DNA of 64,000 nt from positions 377,470-441,469 of the forward strand of contig NW_003314351.1 of NCBI RefSeq assembly GCF_000143415.4, in the 5' to 3' direction. The notes below the pieces were generated by a model. The model saw only the letters and a program-made list of their open reading frames with translations. It did not search any database and had not been told where the DNA came from. Shown one piece after another: positions 1-12,969 of this stretch. The position numbers were made by a program, and so were the translations under genes. Within the stretch, counting starts at the first letter, position 1, and every line of letters begins with the position of its first letter. This stretch comes from Selaginella moellendorffii. Lineage: Eukaryota; Plantae; Lycopodiophyta.

Positions 1-873
1 AACAGAGGATGGAGCAGCCGAGTGGCTAGGCATAGTAGAACAAAACACCATTCACAGATTGACCAACCCTAAGAGCGGCTTTTCTCAATCGCCAGCTCCT
101 CTAGCAAGAAAAGGTTGGGTTAGCTATAAAAATAGGTGTTCTTAAGTATTATTGTCAGGGATTGCCATTAGAGATGGAATCTCACATGAAAATTCAGAAT
201 CCAGCGACTTTGGAGGAAGCAATCCAACACACCTCAAATTGGGAACAACCAAAGCTTTTGATTATGAATAAGCAAGGTATGCATACAATGCCTCTCTATA
301 GTGGAGTCTCTGAAGTTTCTAGATCTATAGTAGATTTGAGAGCCTAGGATTGTTTATTTCAGTCTTGAGAACAATGGATTATAGCAAGCAGCCTATTTTT
401 ACAGTGCAACAAATTCTAGTGCAGTCAGTTACTGTTCCAATTGTGCAGCAGCAGCAACCTGTAGTAGCAAGTAAGGATCAGATCATGTCATTGAAGGAAG
501 ATCTTTTGGGAGCTCTCACCAAGAAAATGGCAAACCTGCAAGTGAATTTTGTGTGGGAAGCAGAGCGCCAGCCCCGAGTTTTGAAGGAGCATGGTGTGTC
601 AAGTGCAAGGGATACTGAATGTCTTACTCCTGGAAATTTCCGGTCGACGAAGGAAATCCTCCTACTCAAGCTCAATTCTCGGGTGGGGCTGGAATATTCT
701 GAAAGGACTATTCAGGGCATGGTACATAACCATCATGCTATAGATTATTGGATTATTGTTTGTATTAGAGTTCCATACAAGGAGGATTTCTGCCGCAGCT
801 TAGACGATGGCCAATTCTTGCAATTTTGGCCTTCATACCAGGTTATGTTTCTATGCAAAATCCTATGACTAGG
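1..873 (+). mobile_element. Degenerate Ty3/gypsy gag-like relic (host of element A)
   Basis: Broken ORFs with gag-like stretch (HMKIQNPATLEEAIQ); 1-393 matches 45342-45695 and ~597-873 matches 54465-54718. Confidence 0.5.
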
Positions 874-1233
874 TGTCAGGAATCCCCCAATTCTTGCCAC
901 ATTCCTGACTCTCGCCGGATTCCTAACCTGCAGACCACATTCCTGACTCTCGAGACACTTCCCTATTCCTGACTCTCGAGACACTTCCTGATTCTTGAGT
1001 CTCGAGCCAAATTCCTGATGATGATGTGGCGCCTCCTCGACCTCAGCTATATTTAGGCCGTCCTCGATCCAAGAGTGGTGGAGCTTTATCAACCTATAGT
1101 ATATATAGGTTAGCCTTGTTCCATTTCTCCACAATCTGAATCAACACCAGTCTAAGGCTTCTTCTTTGTTTCCATTAGCTTTTCTCTTTGTCTTTAGCAT
1201 TTTCTAGTCTTGATCTTGTTGGGGGTCTTGACA
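874..1233 (+). repeat. 5' LTR of element A (360 bp)
   Basis: TGTCAGG...CTTGACA; TATATA at ~1100-1107; direct repeat of 6060-6445. Confidence 0.97.
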
Positions 1234-1250
1234 GTTTGACTCAGATTGTG
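1234..1250 (+). promoter_or_regulatory. Putative self-priming PBS of element A
   Basis: No TGG tRNA-type PBS; GTTTGACTCAGATTGTG is complementary to CACAATCTGAATCAA at 1130-1144 in the LTR. Confidence 0.75.
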
Positions 1251-1330
1251 TTTTTTGCTTTTCTTTTAGCTCGTTTTGATTATTTGATTGCTTTTGTCTT
1301 TTTCCCCCTTTCTTTTCTTTCTTCTTGCCA

Positions 1331-2302
1331 ATGGAGTCTCCAAGCCATCCTGATTTCTTTGCCGAAGTCCTTGCAAAAATCCAGTCTGAGAATACCGAGT
1401 TGAAGGCAACCCTTCTTCACATGCAGCAGAAGCTTGCTTCACTTTCGGCTCAAGGATCCAGCAAAGTTCTTGAACCGAAGGTGAGTTTCCTGGCGAAATT
1501 TTCAGGCAAGCGTTCGGAGCTTTGTGGATTTTTGAACCAAATGGAGCTGATCTTTGCACTTCAACATCGGCGGTACCCCACTCTCGAGTCTCAAATCGGC
1601 GCGATTGGGACATTGCTCGAGGGTGCAGCTTTGTCATGGTTTTCTCCTCTTCTGGAGAAGAGCATGAAAGGGGTCGTGGTTCCAGAGCTGATGGATCTTC
1701 AATTGTTCAAAGAGAAGCTCGAAGCATGTTTTGGCGAGACGGATCGGGTTCGGGCTGCTACCACAAAGATGAGACGTCTCTCTCAGGGGTCTTGTCCTGC
1801 CTCGATCTACGCTGCAGAGTTCCAACTCCTTGCCTTGGACACTCAGTGGGATGAGCGGGCCCTGATTGACCAATTTCGTTTCGGCCTCAACAACGGTGTC
1901 AAGGATTTGTTGCTCACCATGGAGGATCCCAAGGACCTGTCGGACGCCATCAACAAAGCTGTTCGATGTGACAATCGTCTCTTTGAACGTCGTCAGGAAA
2001 GTTGCCGCGCCGCTATTTTTCCGTCCTAGACTCAGGAATCCCAGCTTGAGTCTTCGGGGCATAGTCCTGAACCTACTGCTCCGGTCCCGATGGATATTTC
2101 TGGTACTCCCCGACTCATTAGAGGGAAGTTGAGTCCTGCTGAGAGGCAACGTCGAATATCTCATAATCTTTGCCTCTACTGTGCTGATCCTAATCACAAA
2201 GCAGCTGTGTGTCCCAGGAAGCCTCCCCGATTGCTCGAGTTCACTTTGCCTCAAAGTCCACCTCTGTTGCAGTCGGGAAACGACCCTGTCCAAACAGAGT
2301 AG
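1331..2302 (+). pseudogene. gag: gag of element A with in-frame TAG at 2027-2029
   Basis: ORFs 1325-2029 and 2090-2302 are in the same frame; capsid-like motif (WDERALIDQFRFGL) and zinc knuckle CLYCADPNHKAAVC. Confidence 0.9.
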
Positions 2303-2319
2303 GAGCTGTCTGTTTGGAC
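2275..2319 (+). promoter_or_regulatory. -1 programmed ribosomal frameshift signal
   Basis: G GGA AAC (2275-2281) phased to the gag frame, 6-nt spacer, perfect 11-bp stem GTCCAAACAGA/TCTGTTTGGAC (2288-2298/2309-2319); pol lies in the -1 frame. Confidence 0.85.
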
Positions 2320-5300
2320 TCCCCAAATAAAAATCACTTTTCTTCCTTATCAAGCTCTTCACCACCTTTCATCAAAGCCACCACCAATTCCCGCAACTTC
2401 CGCGTCCCATGTCTCCTTTCTTTCACCGGACAATCAGGACTCAAGGCTTTGGTGCTACTGGACTCGGGTGCAACTTCCTGCTTCATGGACACGGACTTTG
2501 CTGCCCGACATCACGTTCCTCTTTCTCCTACCATACAGGATCTAAGGGTTGAAGGCATTGGCGGGCATTTTGTGTCTCCATTTTCTGGACTTAGGGAAAC
2601 GTTGCCCGTTCGAGTACACATCGGGTCCACCATCACCGATATCGCCTTCAACATCATCAACAGCAAGTCCTCCTCTGTGGTGCTCGGTCTTCCTTGGTTC
2701 CAACTACATCAGCCTCAGATTTGTTGGAAGGACTTACAGCTCATCTCTCCCACATCACCATCTCCCACGGCTTCCCCTGGTGTTCATCGAGTCCGAATCA
2801 GGAAAAGTTCCCTAAACTCAAGTCGGGGTTCTGTTCCTAACTCTACGAAGTTTTCATCCTCTTCTTTTTCCTCTCTTCCATCTTACACTGGACAGTATCC
2901 TCGTCTCATCATTCCATTTAGTCGTACACCTCCTCCTATCTCCACAATCACTATGAAAGAACTCCTTCATGAAGAACCTATTTTCCTTTTTGCTTTGCAT
3001 GTTTTTCCTGTCAGTCTTCTTGAGAAGTATCATGATTTTGGGGATGTGTTTGACAAGAAAAAAGCTAGTGTACTGCCTGCTCATCGGCCTTATGACTGTC
3101 CCATTGATTTACAGGAAGGAGCGTCGCCTCCGTGGGGGCCTATCTACGGGTTATCCCCGTCCGAGCTTAAGGCCCTCAAAGAGTACGTGGATGAGAACCT
3201 TGCCTCGGGGTTCATTCAACATTCGCAGTCCCCGGCTGGCGCGCCTGTCTTCTTTGTCAAGAAGAAGGATGGGAGTTTGCGGCTAGTCATCGATTACCGA
3301 GGTTTGAACAAGGTGACTGTTCGGAACCGTTATCCGCTGCCCCTGATCTCGGACCTGTTGGAACGCCTCGGCGGTGCCCGCTTCTTCACCAAGATTGACC
3401 TCCGTGGCGCATACAACCTGATCCGGATCTGGCCTGGTGATGAATGGAAGACTGCATTCCGAACCCGCTATGGCCACTTCGAGTACACTGTCATGCCATT
3501 TGGCTTGACAAATGCTCCCGCAGTTTTCCAACACATGGCGAACGACGTCTTTGGGGAGTTTCTTGATCAGATGGTGATCGTCTACCTTGATGACATCCTC
3601 ATCTACTCAAGAACTCAGGAGGAGCACGACGAACATGTACGTAAGGTGCTGGCGAAGCTGCGAGAACACGGCCTATACGCGAAGCTTGAGAAATGTTCCT
3701 TCGATCAGCAGTCTGTGGAGTTCCTTGGGTACATTGTCACTCCTGAAGGTATCACGATGGATCCTGCCAAAGTCAAGACTATTCTCGAGTGGGAGCCTCC
3801 ACAATCAATGTCGGACGTTCAGGTTTTCCTTGGCTTCGCCAACTTCTACCGCAAATTCATTGATCACTACTCTGACATTGTCCTTCCTCTCACGCATCTC
3901 ACTCGCAAGGATGTTCCCTTCTCTTGGTCTACCGCTGCCCAGCATGCCTTCGACACACTCAAGGCAGCCTTCAGTTCTGCTCCCGTGTTGATCCATGCTG
4001 ATTCCTCACAACCTTTCTTCATCGAGGCTGACGCCTCCGACTTTGCCATCGGTGCTGTGCTGTCTCAACTCGGAGCGGATCAAGAACTTCATCCGGTCGC
4101 TTTCCATTCTCGGAAATTCCAGCCTGCGGAGATCAATTACGAAATCCACGACAAGGAGCTCCTTGCCATCGTGGATTCCTTTGGAGAGTGGCGCCGTTTC
4201 TTGGAGGGGGCGGGCCATCAAACAATAGTCTGCATGGATCACAAAAATCTCGAGTACTTTGCCACTTCCCGAGTTTTGAGCCGTTGTCAAGCAAGGTGGG
4301 CACAATTCCTGAGTCGGTTTGACTTTGTTATCAAGTACAGACCTGGAAAGCTTCAAGGCCTTCCTGATGCTCTTTCAAGGCGCTCCTATCTCAGTCTCAG
4401 GCCTGGTAATCCTGTCTTCGATCAACAGGATCAAGTTATCCTCGGTCCTGATCGGCTTCAAGTTATGGCAATTTCCCTGGCCCCTCAGGACTCCTCCTTG
4501 ATGGATGCAATCAGAAACGATCTCCAATCTAATGACCTCGCCAGCAATATTTTCACCCATCTTCAGGCTGGACACCCAGTGACTCCCGACTGCCGGCGAT
4601 TTGATGAGTTCGAGTTCTTAGATGGCTTATTGTACCGTGGGGAGCAGCTTTACGTTCCTGAAGGTGATGCTCGAAGGTTGGTCCTGATGGCGTGCCACGA
4701 TAGCCCGACTGCTGGTCATTTTGGCATTGCGAAAACCTATGAGCTAGTTGGACGGGACTTTTGGTGGCCTCACATGGATGACTACATCAAAGCTTTTGTT
4801 ACCTCCTGTGACACTTGTGCTCGGAATAAGGTACCTCGCCACCTTCCTTCAGGTTTGCTTCGTTCCCTCCCGGTCCCTTCAGGTCCTTGGGAATCCATCT
4901 CCATGGATTTCTTGAGTGATCTTCCGAGTTCTGGAGGCTTCAACAGTATTTTAGTCGTGGTGGATCGCTTCACAAAGATGGCGCACTTCTTGCCATGTAC
5001 CAAGGAATTTTCGGGCGAGGACATGGCAAAACTGGTATTCAGGGAAATTTTCCGACTTCATGGGATTCCTACAGATGTGGTTTCGGATCGGGGGCCTCAG
5101 TTCATCTCTCATTTCTGGCAACGGTTTTTGCAGCTGCTTGGAGTGAAGGCCAACCTCTCTTCGGCATATCATCCTCAAACTGATGGACAGTCCGAGCGAA
5201 CGATTCAGACGCTGGAACAATTCTTGAGGTGCTTCATCAACTATCATCAGGATAACTGGTTCGATATCCTTCCCCTTGCTGAGTTCTCCTATAACAACTC

Positions 5301-6048
5301 TGTTCACTCCTCTCTTCGAGTTTCCCCCTTCTTTGCGAACTCTGGCCGAAATCCCCGATTCAATCTCTCACTTCCTTCTCCATCTGAATCCTCTCGTTCA
5401 AATCCCCGCTCTGAGGCATTTATCTCCAACCTTCAGGAAATCCACAACTCCATCTCCTTCCACCTCCATCGTGCTCAGGAATCTCACAAAACATTTGCCA
5501 ATATCCATCGTCAGGATTGTCCCCCTTACAATATCGGGGATAAAGTCTGGCTCCTCAGGCGAAATATCTCCACCACCAGGCCCTGTCCAAAACTCGATTT
5601 CAAACGCCTCGGTCCTTTTCCTATCACTGCCATCATTAATCCCGTCACTTATCGCCTTGCACTTCCCTCCTCATATCAAATTCACCCCGTTTTTCACTCC
5701 TCTCTCCTTGAGCCTTATATTCCCAGTCCTATTCCAAATCGGGTCATTCCTCCGCCTCCACCAGTGCAGCTCGAGGATGGGTCTGAGTACGAGGTTCAGG
5801 ACATCCTTGATTCCAAGATTTCACGGTCTAAACTCTACTATCTGGTCGACTAGAAGGGTTACGGACCTGAGGAACGCACTTGGGAACCTGCGGACAACCT
5901 GATTCATTCTCTTGACCTTGTTCAGGACTTCCACCGCCGCTATCCTTCTCGTCCCAGTCCTCATTCTTTTTCTCCATCTCCCATTCCTCGCCGCTCATCT
6001 CATCCTCCTCTTCGTTCTCGTTCACATCCTCGTTCCACTCGTTCTTGA
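2275..6048 (+). CDS. pol: pol of element A (PR, RT, RNase H, integrase, chromodomain); TAG at 5851-5853 truncates the chromodomain
   Basis: LLDSGA; YLDDILI; ADASDFAIGAVL; HHCC zinc finger; DRGPQF/QTDGQSE; GPF; EYEVQDILD..YYLVD*KGYGPEERTWEP continues in frame to TGA 6046-6048. Confidence 0.95.
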
Positions 6049-6059
6049 GGAGGGGGTGC

Positions 6060-6445
6060 TGTCAGGAATCCCCCAATTCTTGCCACATTCCTGACTCTCG
6101 CCGGATTCCTGACCTGCAGACCACATTCCTGACTCTCGAGACACTTCCCTATTCCTGACTCTCGAGACACTTCCCTATTCCTGACTCTCGAGACACTTCC
6201 CGATTCTTGAGTCTCGAGCCATATTCCTGATGATGATGTGGCGCCTCCTCGACCTCAGCTATATTTAGGCTGTCCTCGATCCAAGAGTGGTGGAGCTTCA
6301 TCAACCTATAGTATATATAGGTTAGCCTTGTTCCATTTCTCCACAATCTGAATCAACACCAGTCTAAGGCCTCTTCTTTGTTTCCACTAGTTTTTCTCTT
6401 TGTCTTTAGCATTTTCTAGTCTTGATCTTGTTGGGGGTCTTGACA
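6060..6445 (+). repeat. 3' LTR of element A (386 bp)
   Basis: One extra 26-bp tandem unit and about 8 substitutions relative to the 5' LTR. Confidence 0.97.
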
Positions 6446-7297
6446 CTAGGTTACTTGGAATTTATGTTGTGGCTGTAGACACAACTTGTACAATGCTATA
6501 ATTGTCACAAGTGCAGACATATATCCACAAATTATCTACATCATTAACAACAAGTTGGCTATCAACTAATTTATGGAATTTACAACACTAAAGGGGTCAT
6601 AACTTGATTGTGGGCCCTTTCCCTAACAATCTTCCTCTTACTAGGGAATGATTGTCCTTGATTATACTTAGGCCACCATCTGGTCACTATTCCTTTTGGG
6701 TCTACCAACCTTGGTTCTCCCTCTAGATCCACCATGCCCTAGGGGGGCTCTGGGGGGTTTCAAAAGTATAGTAGGGATAGTGTGTGAGTTGGAGGAGTCG
6801 GGTAGTTGAGGTCAGGTTGGGGCTGGATCCAGGTGGGCATATGCTATGTACGGTTCTGCCATATATGTGCGAGCTCAGCCACAAGGGCTCCCCTGCCTTG
6901 GCTGCTTGATTCCTAGTAAAGCTCGCAATGGGTGTAGTATGATCAAATAAATGATTCATGAACCAACTAAGGTATTACATCTTGCTAAAGAACTATTACA
7001 TATCATTCATGCATTTTGGTCTAGGAAACTTTAGCACTGCCTCAAACAAAATGTAATACCTAAAATAAGTGGTGTCCTTAGAACCAAACACATATTTAAA
7101 CTGCTTCAGCTTCAAGCCAATCTTTCGCAACTAATCCAACACCTTGCACACATCACCAACATGTTCCTCCCATGTCCCATTTGAATAGATCAAAACATCA
7201 TTAATGAAGTTGGTAGTCACCTCCAGCAGATTGCAAAGAACCTCATCTATCATCTAGTGAAATATTGCTAGAGCATTGTTCAAACAAAATGGCATGA
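6446..7297. mobile_element. Continuation of degenerate gypsy relic, with a minus-strand RT fragment
   Basis: Colinear with 54714-55526; minus strand reads MPFCLNNAL (RT MPFGL.NA motif). Confidence 0.65.
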
Positions 7298-8739
7298 TGT
7301 AAGGAACCAACTCCCCGAGATGTCGTAGGCTAAAGGATCCCCAAAAGCATGACCGAAATGACAAAGAGTTCATTGAATGGGACCGCAAGTCTGAGATCGA
7401 GTCCAAGACCGACTCTGAGATCGAGTTCGAGATAGAGTCCGGGATCGAGTCCGAGGCCAACTCGGAGACTGAGTTCGAGATAGAGTCCGAGATCCGAGAT
7501 CGGGTCCGAAACCGAGTCCGAAGTCGAGTCCGAGATTGGGTCCGAGATCGAGTCTAAGACCGAGCCCGAATACTAATACAGGTCAAGGGGTGAAAGCCCA
7601 AAGCGTGTGTCTCCCGCGGGGGGGGGGGCTGCAGGGGTTCCAAAAGTATAGTAGGGATAGTGAGGTCTAGGAATCAGTCTTGATGGAACTCTCTAATAGT
7701 GCTTCCAAACTGACTTGAGGTTGAGACTGGGGCCAAGGGGCCTTGGGTGGGAGTGAGCATGGATTCGAGTGGTGCCAGAAGGGCCACTCAAGGAAGTGCT
7801 CAAGAGCAGCTCCCACTCCCGAAAGGGAAACCGATTGCAGTGCTCCTGGCTCATGTGGAGTGGTGCCCCTCTTGAGTACCTTGTGGCTCATTGGTCCTCA
7901 CCCTTCCTAAGGGCTTGGGCCTTCCCTTCGGGATAGAAGTGGGGGGGTAGAGGTACCCATACCGGGCCGATAGGCCACGGTGTTTCGCCCTGGTGTCCCA
8001 AAGCAAGTGTTGCACCCAAGGCTTGGGATTTAGAGGGTCCCATGATCAAGTCTTGTTGTACCAAGGGATGTTAGGAACCTGGAGGCTTGGCGTGCTTAGT
8101 TGCTTGTGCCTGCGGGGAGTGTAGCCGAACTTTAAGTCCAGTCTAACCTGGGGAGGGGGATTGGGAGAGATTTGGGAATCCGTGGATGGATGGCTAACAC
8201 TTCGTTGCTCGTGCAGTGAGTAGCTGAAATTAAGTAGGACCAAGTAGGAGTTGGTACAATAGGTGGGAACCTTGGCGAGGGAACTTAGTAAAAGCCAAGG
8301 CAACGTTGGTTAGATAGACGAGGTAAGCTGGCAAATTGGAAAAGAAAAATTTGTGGCTTACAATTTGGTATCGGAGCCTTTTCCTCAGTTCTAGCGAAGG
8401 ATAGAGGCGGATTGCTGGGAGATGGCAAAGGCAGGGCATAAACGAACTAAGGTGGAGACAGAACCTCTGCCAGAGCTGGAGCCTTCGGTCGAACAAGAGG
8501 ATATGGATGAGGAATCCTTGCATGAGGAGGACTCCAGTGAGGAAACTTCCAAACAGGAGTCTGGTGGTGAGGTTCGGTCGTCCAAGGCTCGATTGGACGT
8601 TCTAGAAGGACAATTGGCACAAACCAATGCCCTACTAGAGACTCTCGTACGCAAGCTAAAGCATGACGAGAAGCGGAAGAAAAAGCGAAAGACTGTGGAT
8701 GCTGGCAGCGCAGAAGGTGCGGACCCTTCAGTAGGGACT
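7298..8739 (+). mobile_element. Family B copy 0: 5' LTR (7298-8362), PBS (8366-8377) and gag 5' fragment (8422-8739), truncated by element C
   Basis: TGTAAGG...GCTTACA; PBS TGGTATCGGAGC; MAKAGHKRT... matches the N-terminus of gag 26355-27995. Confidence 0.92.
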
Positions 8740-8969
8740 TGTGAGACACAAAATCCCTAGGCCCCAAAGTGGAGCCGGAAGGGTGCCATGTGGTGGTGGC
8801 CAAAGCGAAAACTAAATGAGCGTAACACGTTTGGACTAAAAGCTTCGACTTGAAAAGGCTGAGAGTGGGAGTGGAACTCCCAACGAAGTGCTTGAGGAAT
8901 GAGCACAAAGCAAGCAAAAAGCGAGGCTCCAAAAAGGGACCCAAAAGGACCAACACATGACACGTGGAA

Positions 8970-9485
8970 GTGGAGTCCGAGAAGGACCCTGAGATGGAGT
9001 CCAAGGTGGAGTCCGAGGTGGACCCAAGATGGAGTCCGAGATGGATCCGAGATTGAGTCCGAGACAGACCCGAGATGGAGTCTAAGATGGACCCGAGATG
9101 GAGTCCGAGATGGAGTCCGAGGTGGAGTCCGAGGTGGAGTCCGAGGTGGACCCGAGATGGACCCGAAATGGAGTCCGAAATGGAGTCTAAGCTGGAGTCT
9201 AAGCTGGAGTCTGAAGTGGAGTCCGAGGTGGACCCGAGATGGACCCGACATGGAGTCCGAGATGGAGTCCAAGATGGACCCGAGATGGAGTCCGAGATGG
9301 ACCCGAGATGGACATGAGATGGAGTCCGAGATGGAGTCCGAGATGGACCCAAGATGGAGTCCGAAGTTGAGACCAAGACCGAGACCGAGATCGAGACCGA
9401 GGCCGAGGCCGAGACCGAGCCCAAGCCCGAGTCCGAGTCCAAGTCCGAGTCCGAGTCCGAGTCCAAGTCCGAGTTTGAGTCTGAG
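8970..9485 (+). repeat. GAGTCC/GAGACC/GAGATG-based minisatellite in U3 of C LTRs (also 14745-15200, 61350-61645; related arrays in B LTRs)
   Basis: Degenerate 6-, 11- and 12-bp tandem units with variable copy number between LTR copies. Confidence 0.9.
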
Positions 9486-12400
9486 AGGGTGAAAGCCCAA
9501 AGCGTTCGTCTCCCAGACCTTGGGGGGTTTGGTGAGCTCCAAAAGTATAGTAGGGGGAGGACTGCAGTGAAGCTAGTTTGGCCAGAAAAGGCCAGTTTGG
9601 CCCAGGAAGGCCATACCCAGTGTTGGGTGATGAGCTGACCACTGGGAAATCCAAGACTAGAGTGAACACAGACCGACAATTGGGGTAACTTGGTGAAGTG
9701 TTCAAGAGCCGACTCTAGTTCCCTCGGGAGATCGACTGGCCGATACTCCCAGTCCAGGTGTGGGTGGCACTACCTACTTGGATACCTGGTGTGGCTCAAC
9801 GGAACCTCACTCTAAGCCCAAGAAGGCGAGGAGAGTACCCACGAGGCTCGCGTAGGGCCACGGTGTTCCGAAATGTTGCCCCAAAGTCCCAGACTATGGA
9901 AAGGAAGAGGAGTAGCCCTCTAGTGTGGTGACAAGGGATACAGTCACACTGTGAAGAAGTCCCAGAGGACTGTTGGACTTAGTGGTCGGGCCTGTGGGCC
10001 TTGATCCAGTGGCAGTGTTGGTGAACACGGCCATGGACAGGAAGGGACTTGGTGGGGACCGAAAAGGAAATATTGGGGAAGGCTATTCCCCATGTCTGCA
10101 GGCATCTTGAGGATGCTATAGAGTGGATCTGGGATAGCCACTCATGGATGGATGGCCTAGTCTTTGAGAGACGGGATTGTAATACAGGTGGTGTTGAACC
10201 ACTGGGGTGACCAAGGTGAATGGGCATGGCCTTAGCGTAACGGGCCGATATGTCGGTGGTACCTTGGGGTGCTGGTCATAGGATCGGACATGTGGAGCAC
10301 TTGGACCAAGTGCAAAGGTGGAGTGGCATGGATGCCATTCTCGGGGCTAGCAAGCCCCAAGTCCTAACTGGGACTTATGGAGGTTGTGAATGAGACTCCT
10401 CCAAGTGGTTGGAGGTGTGGTTAAGTGACTAAAGTAAAATGGAAAAATTAGTTGCTTACAACTTGGTATCGGAGCTGTTCCTTAGTCCGACTTTTATTGG
10501 TGCTCAAGTATATCACCATTGAGGTTAGCATCGGAAGGTCTTAGGAGTAGGCCTATCCTTGAGGAGTAGCATGTCGAGAGGACATGACTCTCCACTCAAG
10601 TTCACGCGTGAACTTGGGCACAATGTGGTGGATAGAAAAGGGCCAATAATGGAACGACTTTAGGATCTTGGGAATAGTATAAGGTTTCCTTAGAGAGCTG
10701 AGGATGTGATCCAGATGAGCGTTTGACGTAGCAAACGGGCTAACGTAGTTGTGGTAAACAACTATAGTTGGGATCATGGGAAAGATGTAGACTCCAAAAC
10801 AATAAAGGAGTCACAAGATTACCCTCATATAGTTGAGGCTGGTGCTCATAGCTTTGAGACTAGAATTGATGAACATGGGAGGTCAAATAAAGAAGAGGAC
10901 ACAAGTCCTTGAAATGGTAGCCGAGGTTACCTCTAATAAATGTTGGAACAACCCAAGGAGTTGGGGGTGTACTCAGAGGATGAGTTGGTATTCTCATCAC
11001 ATGGACAAGTGGTCCTAAGGGGCAAAAGGTTGCCCCAAGAGAACAAATCAAGTGTCGGAGTAACACTTGCAAAGATGGTCCTTGTGAGCAGGATCTATAT
11101 ACAAGAAGTTGTATTCCAGCGAGTTGATACCTCGAAGACTAAGACCTCGCAGGTCGTTGGATTAGCAAAGTCTAAAATGCTGGATGACTCAAGTGGAGTC
11201 AGGGAATGGTCCTAAGAGATTGGTTGAAGCATTTGGACAGAGGTGTATGGTGCCCCATGAGGTATGGGGAGGATCATAAGATCCAAGTATAAGAACAGTG
11301 AGTATCTTATTGATGGCGGAATGTGCCATATTAAAGTCGTGGGAAAGATGTTCCCAGAAGAAAGCAACTTTGGCCCAGAGTTGGGTGCAAACACTATGGT
11401 GCGGTGCTAATGGATAGTTAGCATGAGAAACAACTATATTGGTCTTGGCAAAAACCTAAACACTAATAAGTAGTGTTATAAGGATAGGCTCGTGGAGCCG
11501 ATGGTGTGGAGACACCGAAGGTGCCAAGGCGTGCTGCCTTGAGGTCAAGTTGGCAGGTTCATGAGAACCCCGTCCAAAGAAATCCCAATGGAAATGGGAA
11601 TGGCATAGCCTAAGCTAAAAAGCATGTGGTTAGAGTGTGGTGACCCAGATAATGATGGAGGTGTGGAAACACCAACAATGAGTTGTAGGACTTGACAACT
11701 ATAAGGCAATTAAGCAAAAGGTGCAAAATAATTCATTAAACGGGTAGAAGGCAACTACCTAAGACTTCTTATTGGGATAAAGAAGTTAGATATACCCTTA
11801 TGAGGGATAAATTGCTTATGCTGCGAAATAGTAGATCAATGTCATAAAGGGAATGCTCATTGCCAAAGAGGCCATCATTGGGACACCCAAGCACTCTAGA
11901 ACACTAGAAGGTGGTGTTTGGTGTCATGAGGGCAATGGATAATGCCCAAGGGACAAAGTCCCTAGTTAATGAAGGATAGGAAGTGCTATCCAAATGTCCA
12001 AGGTTGTGGAGACGGGAGAAGTCTGTCTACCCAAATTGGACAAAGCCAAAAAGGGATTTTGGCAAGGCTAGTGATGGGTATATAAAGGCCCATAGGTAGC
12101 AACAGTAATCCCAGTATGTGGGATTACAAGGTGAGTATACCCAAATTGAGGAATCACTCTCTAGGCTGTTGGGTAGGTTCATCCCTATAAATACTTGCCA
12201 AGGCATGATAGAAAGTGCAAAGCTATCCTCCTAGTCTAGAGGAGAATGACTGAAGGAAAGGTGTGAAGCCAAAAGCAAGTAGTAAAGGGATAGAACCAAA
12301 CCATAGGAATTGACAGGCATGACCAAGGGTGGTTATGCAAGTTGGGAGTGGAGAATCAAGTGGGCACTCAAGCATGTTGTTACTAGCAACTGGGATGCCA

Positions 12401-12969
12401 TGGAGAGTCAAAAACATGGGATTGTCCATGTTAGACTATATGGTAATTGAAGAGCTTGCGAATGGAAAGACCTTAGCAAGCTAAGGAACAAAGTTCCTTG
12501 AACGTTCCCCTAGGTAGATAAGTACCTAGACATCCAAGTGTAAATAGTTTATAGAGTGCGCGAAATCAGAGTGGCACAGCAGAAGCGTGGCCTTGAAGCT
12601 TGCCAAGAGGCGAGGCTATCAAGGTTAGGGAAGTAGTTCCCGAGTGTTTACAGAGAGGGCTTTGAATGAAAATCGATGGTTAAGGATTTTCACGCTTATG
12701 CATGAACCATGTTACAATGGTCGGATGACTTGCTAAGTGAGATTGGCAAGTCAGGGGAACGAATACCCTAGTTGAAGGAGCCAACTTCAAAAGGGGTGGC
12801 CCATGGGGCCAAGCATGGAGGAGTTCATGCATGATCACAGACTGGTCAAGTGAGAAGACTTGGCAGTGCGGAGGAACTAGGTTCCTAAGCGGTGATCTGT
12901 AGCGCGCTTTAAAAAATAAGTTGGTGCACTGGCGTGGAGAGTCACGCCAGGCATCCTATGTGATGCCGT

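Larger units (their letters stand above)
874..6445 (+). mobile_element. Element A: full-length Ty3/gypsy chromovirus (Tcn1/Tf1-sushi-like), inactivated by nonsense mutations
   Basis: TG..CA LTRs 874-1233 and 6060-6445; TSD CTAGG (869-873, 6446-6450); empty site visible near 54714; gag-PR-RT-RH-IN-chromodomain order; PPT GAGGAGGGGG before 3' LTR. Confidence 0.97.

Noticed and set aside
1634-5307. Antisense and alternative-frame ORFs over gag-pol regions
   Set aside because: Shadow ORFs of GC-rich coding sequence with no recognisable motifs.
5851-5853. Programmed readthrough before the chromodomain end in element A (and at 2027-2029 in gag)
   Set aside because: The 5851 TAG replaces the conserved Trp of V.WKGY; simple transition mutations explain both stops, and only one copy is available.
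8970-9485. Possible CRISPR-like array
   Set aside because: Contiguous degenerate units without unique spacers; eukaryotic context; no cas genes.
8447-9705. Long ORFs rich in SD/LG/WSPR/ES repeats on both strands (also 14411-15332, 61117-61936)
   Set aside because: They arise from stop-free translation of the LTR minisatellite; frames and lengths differ between LTR copies.
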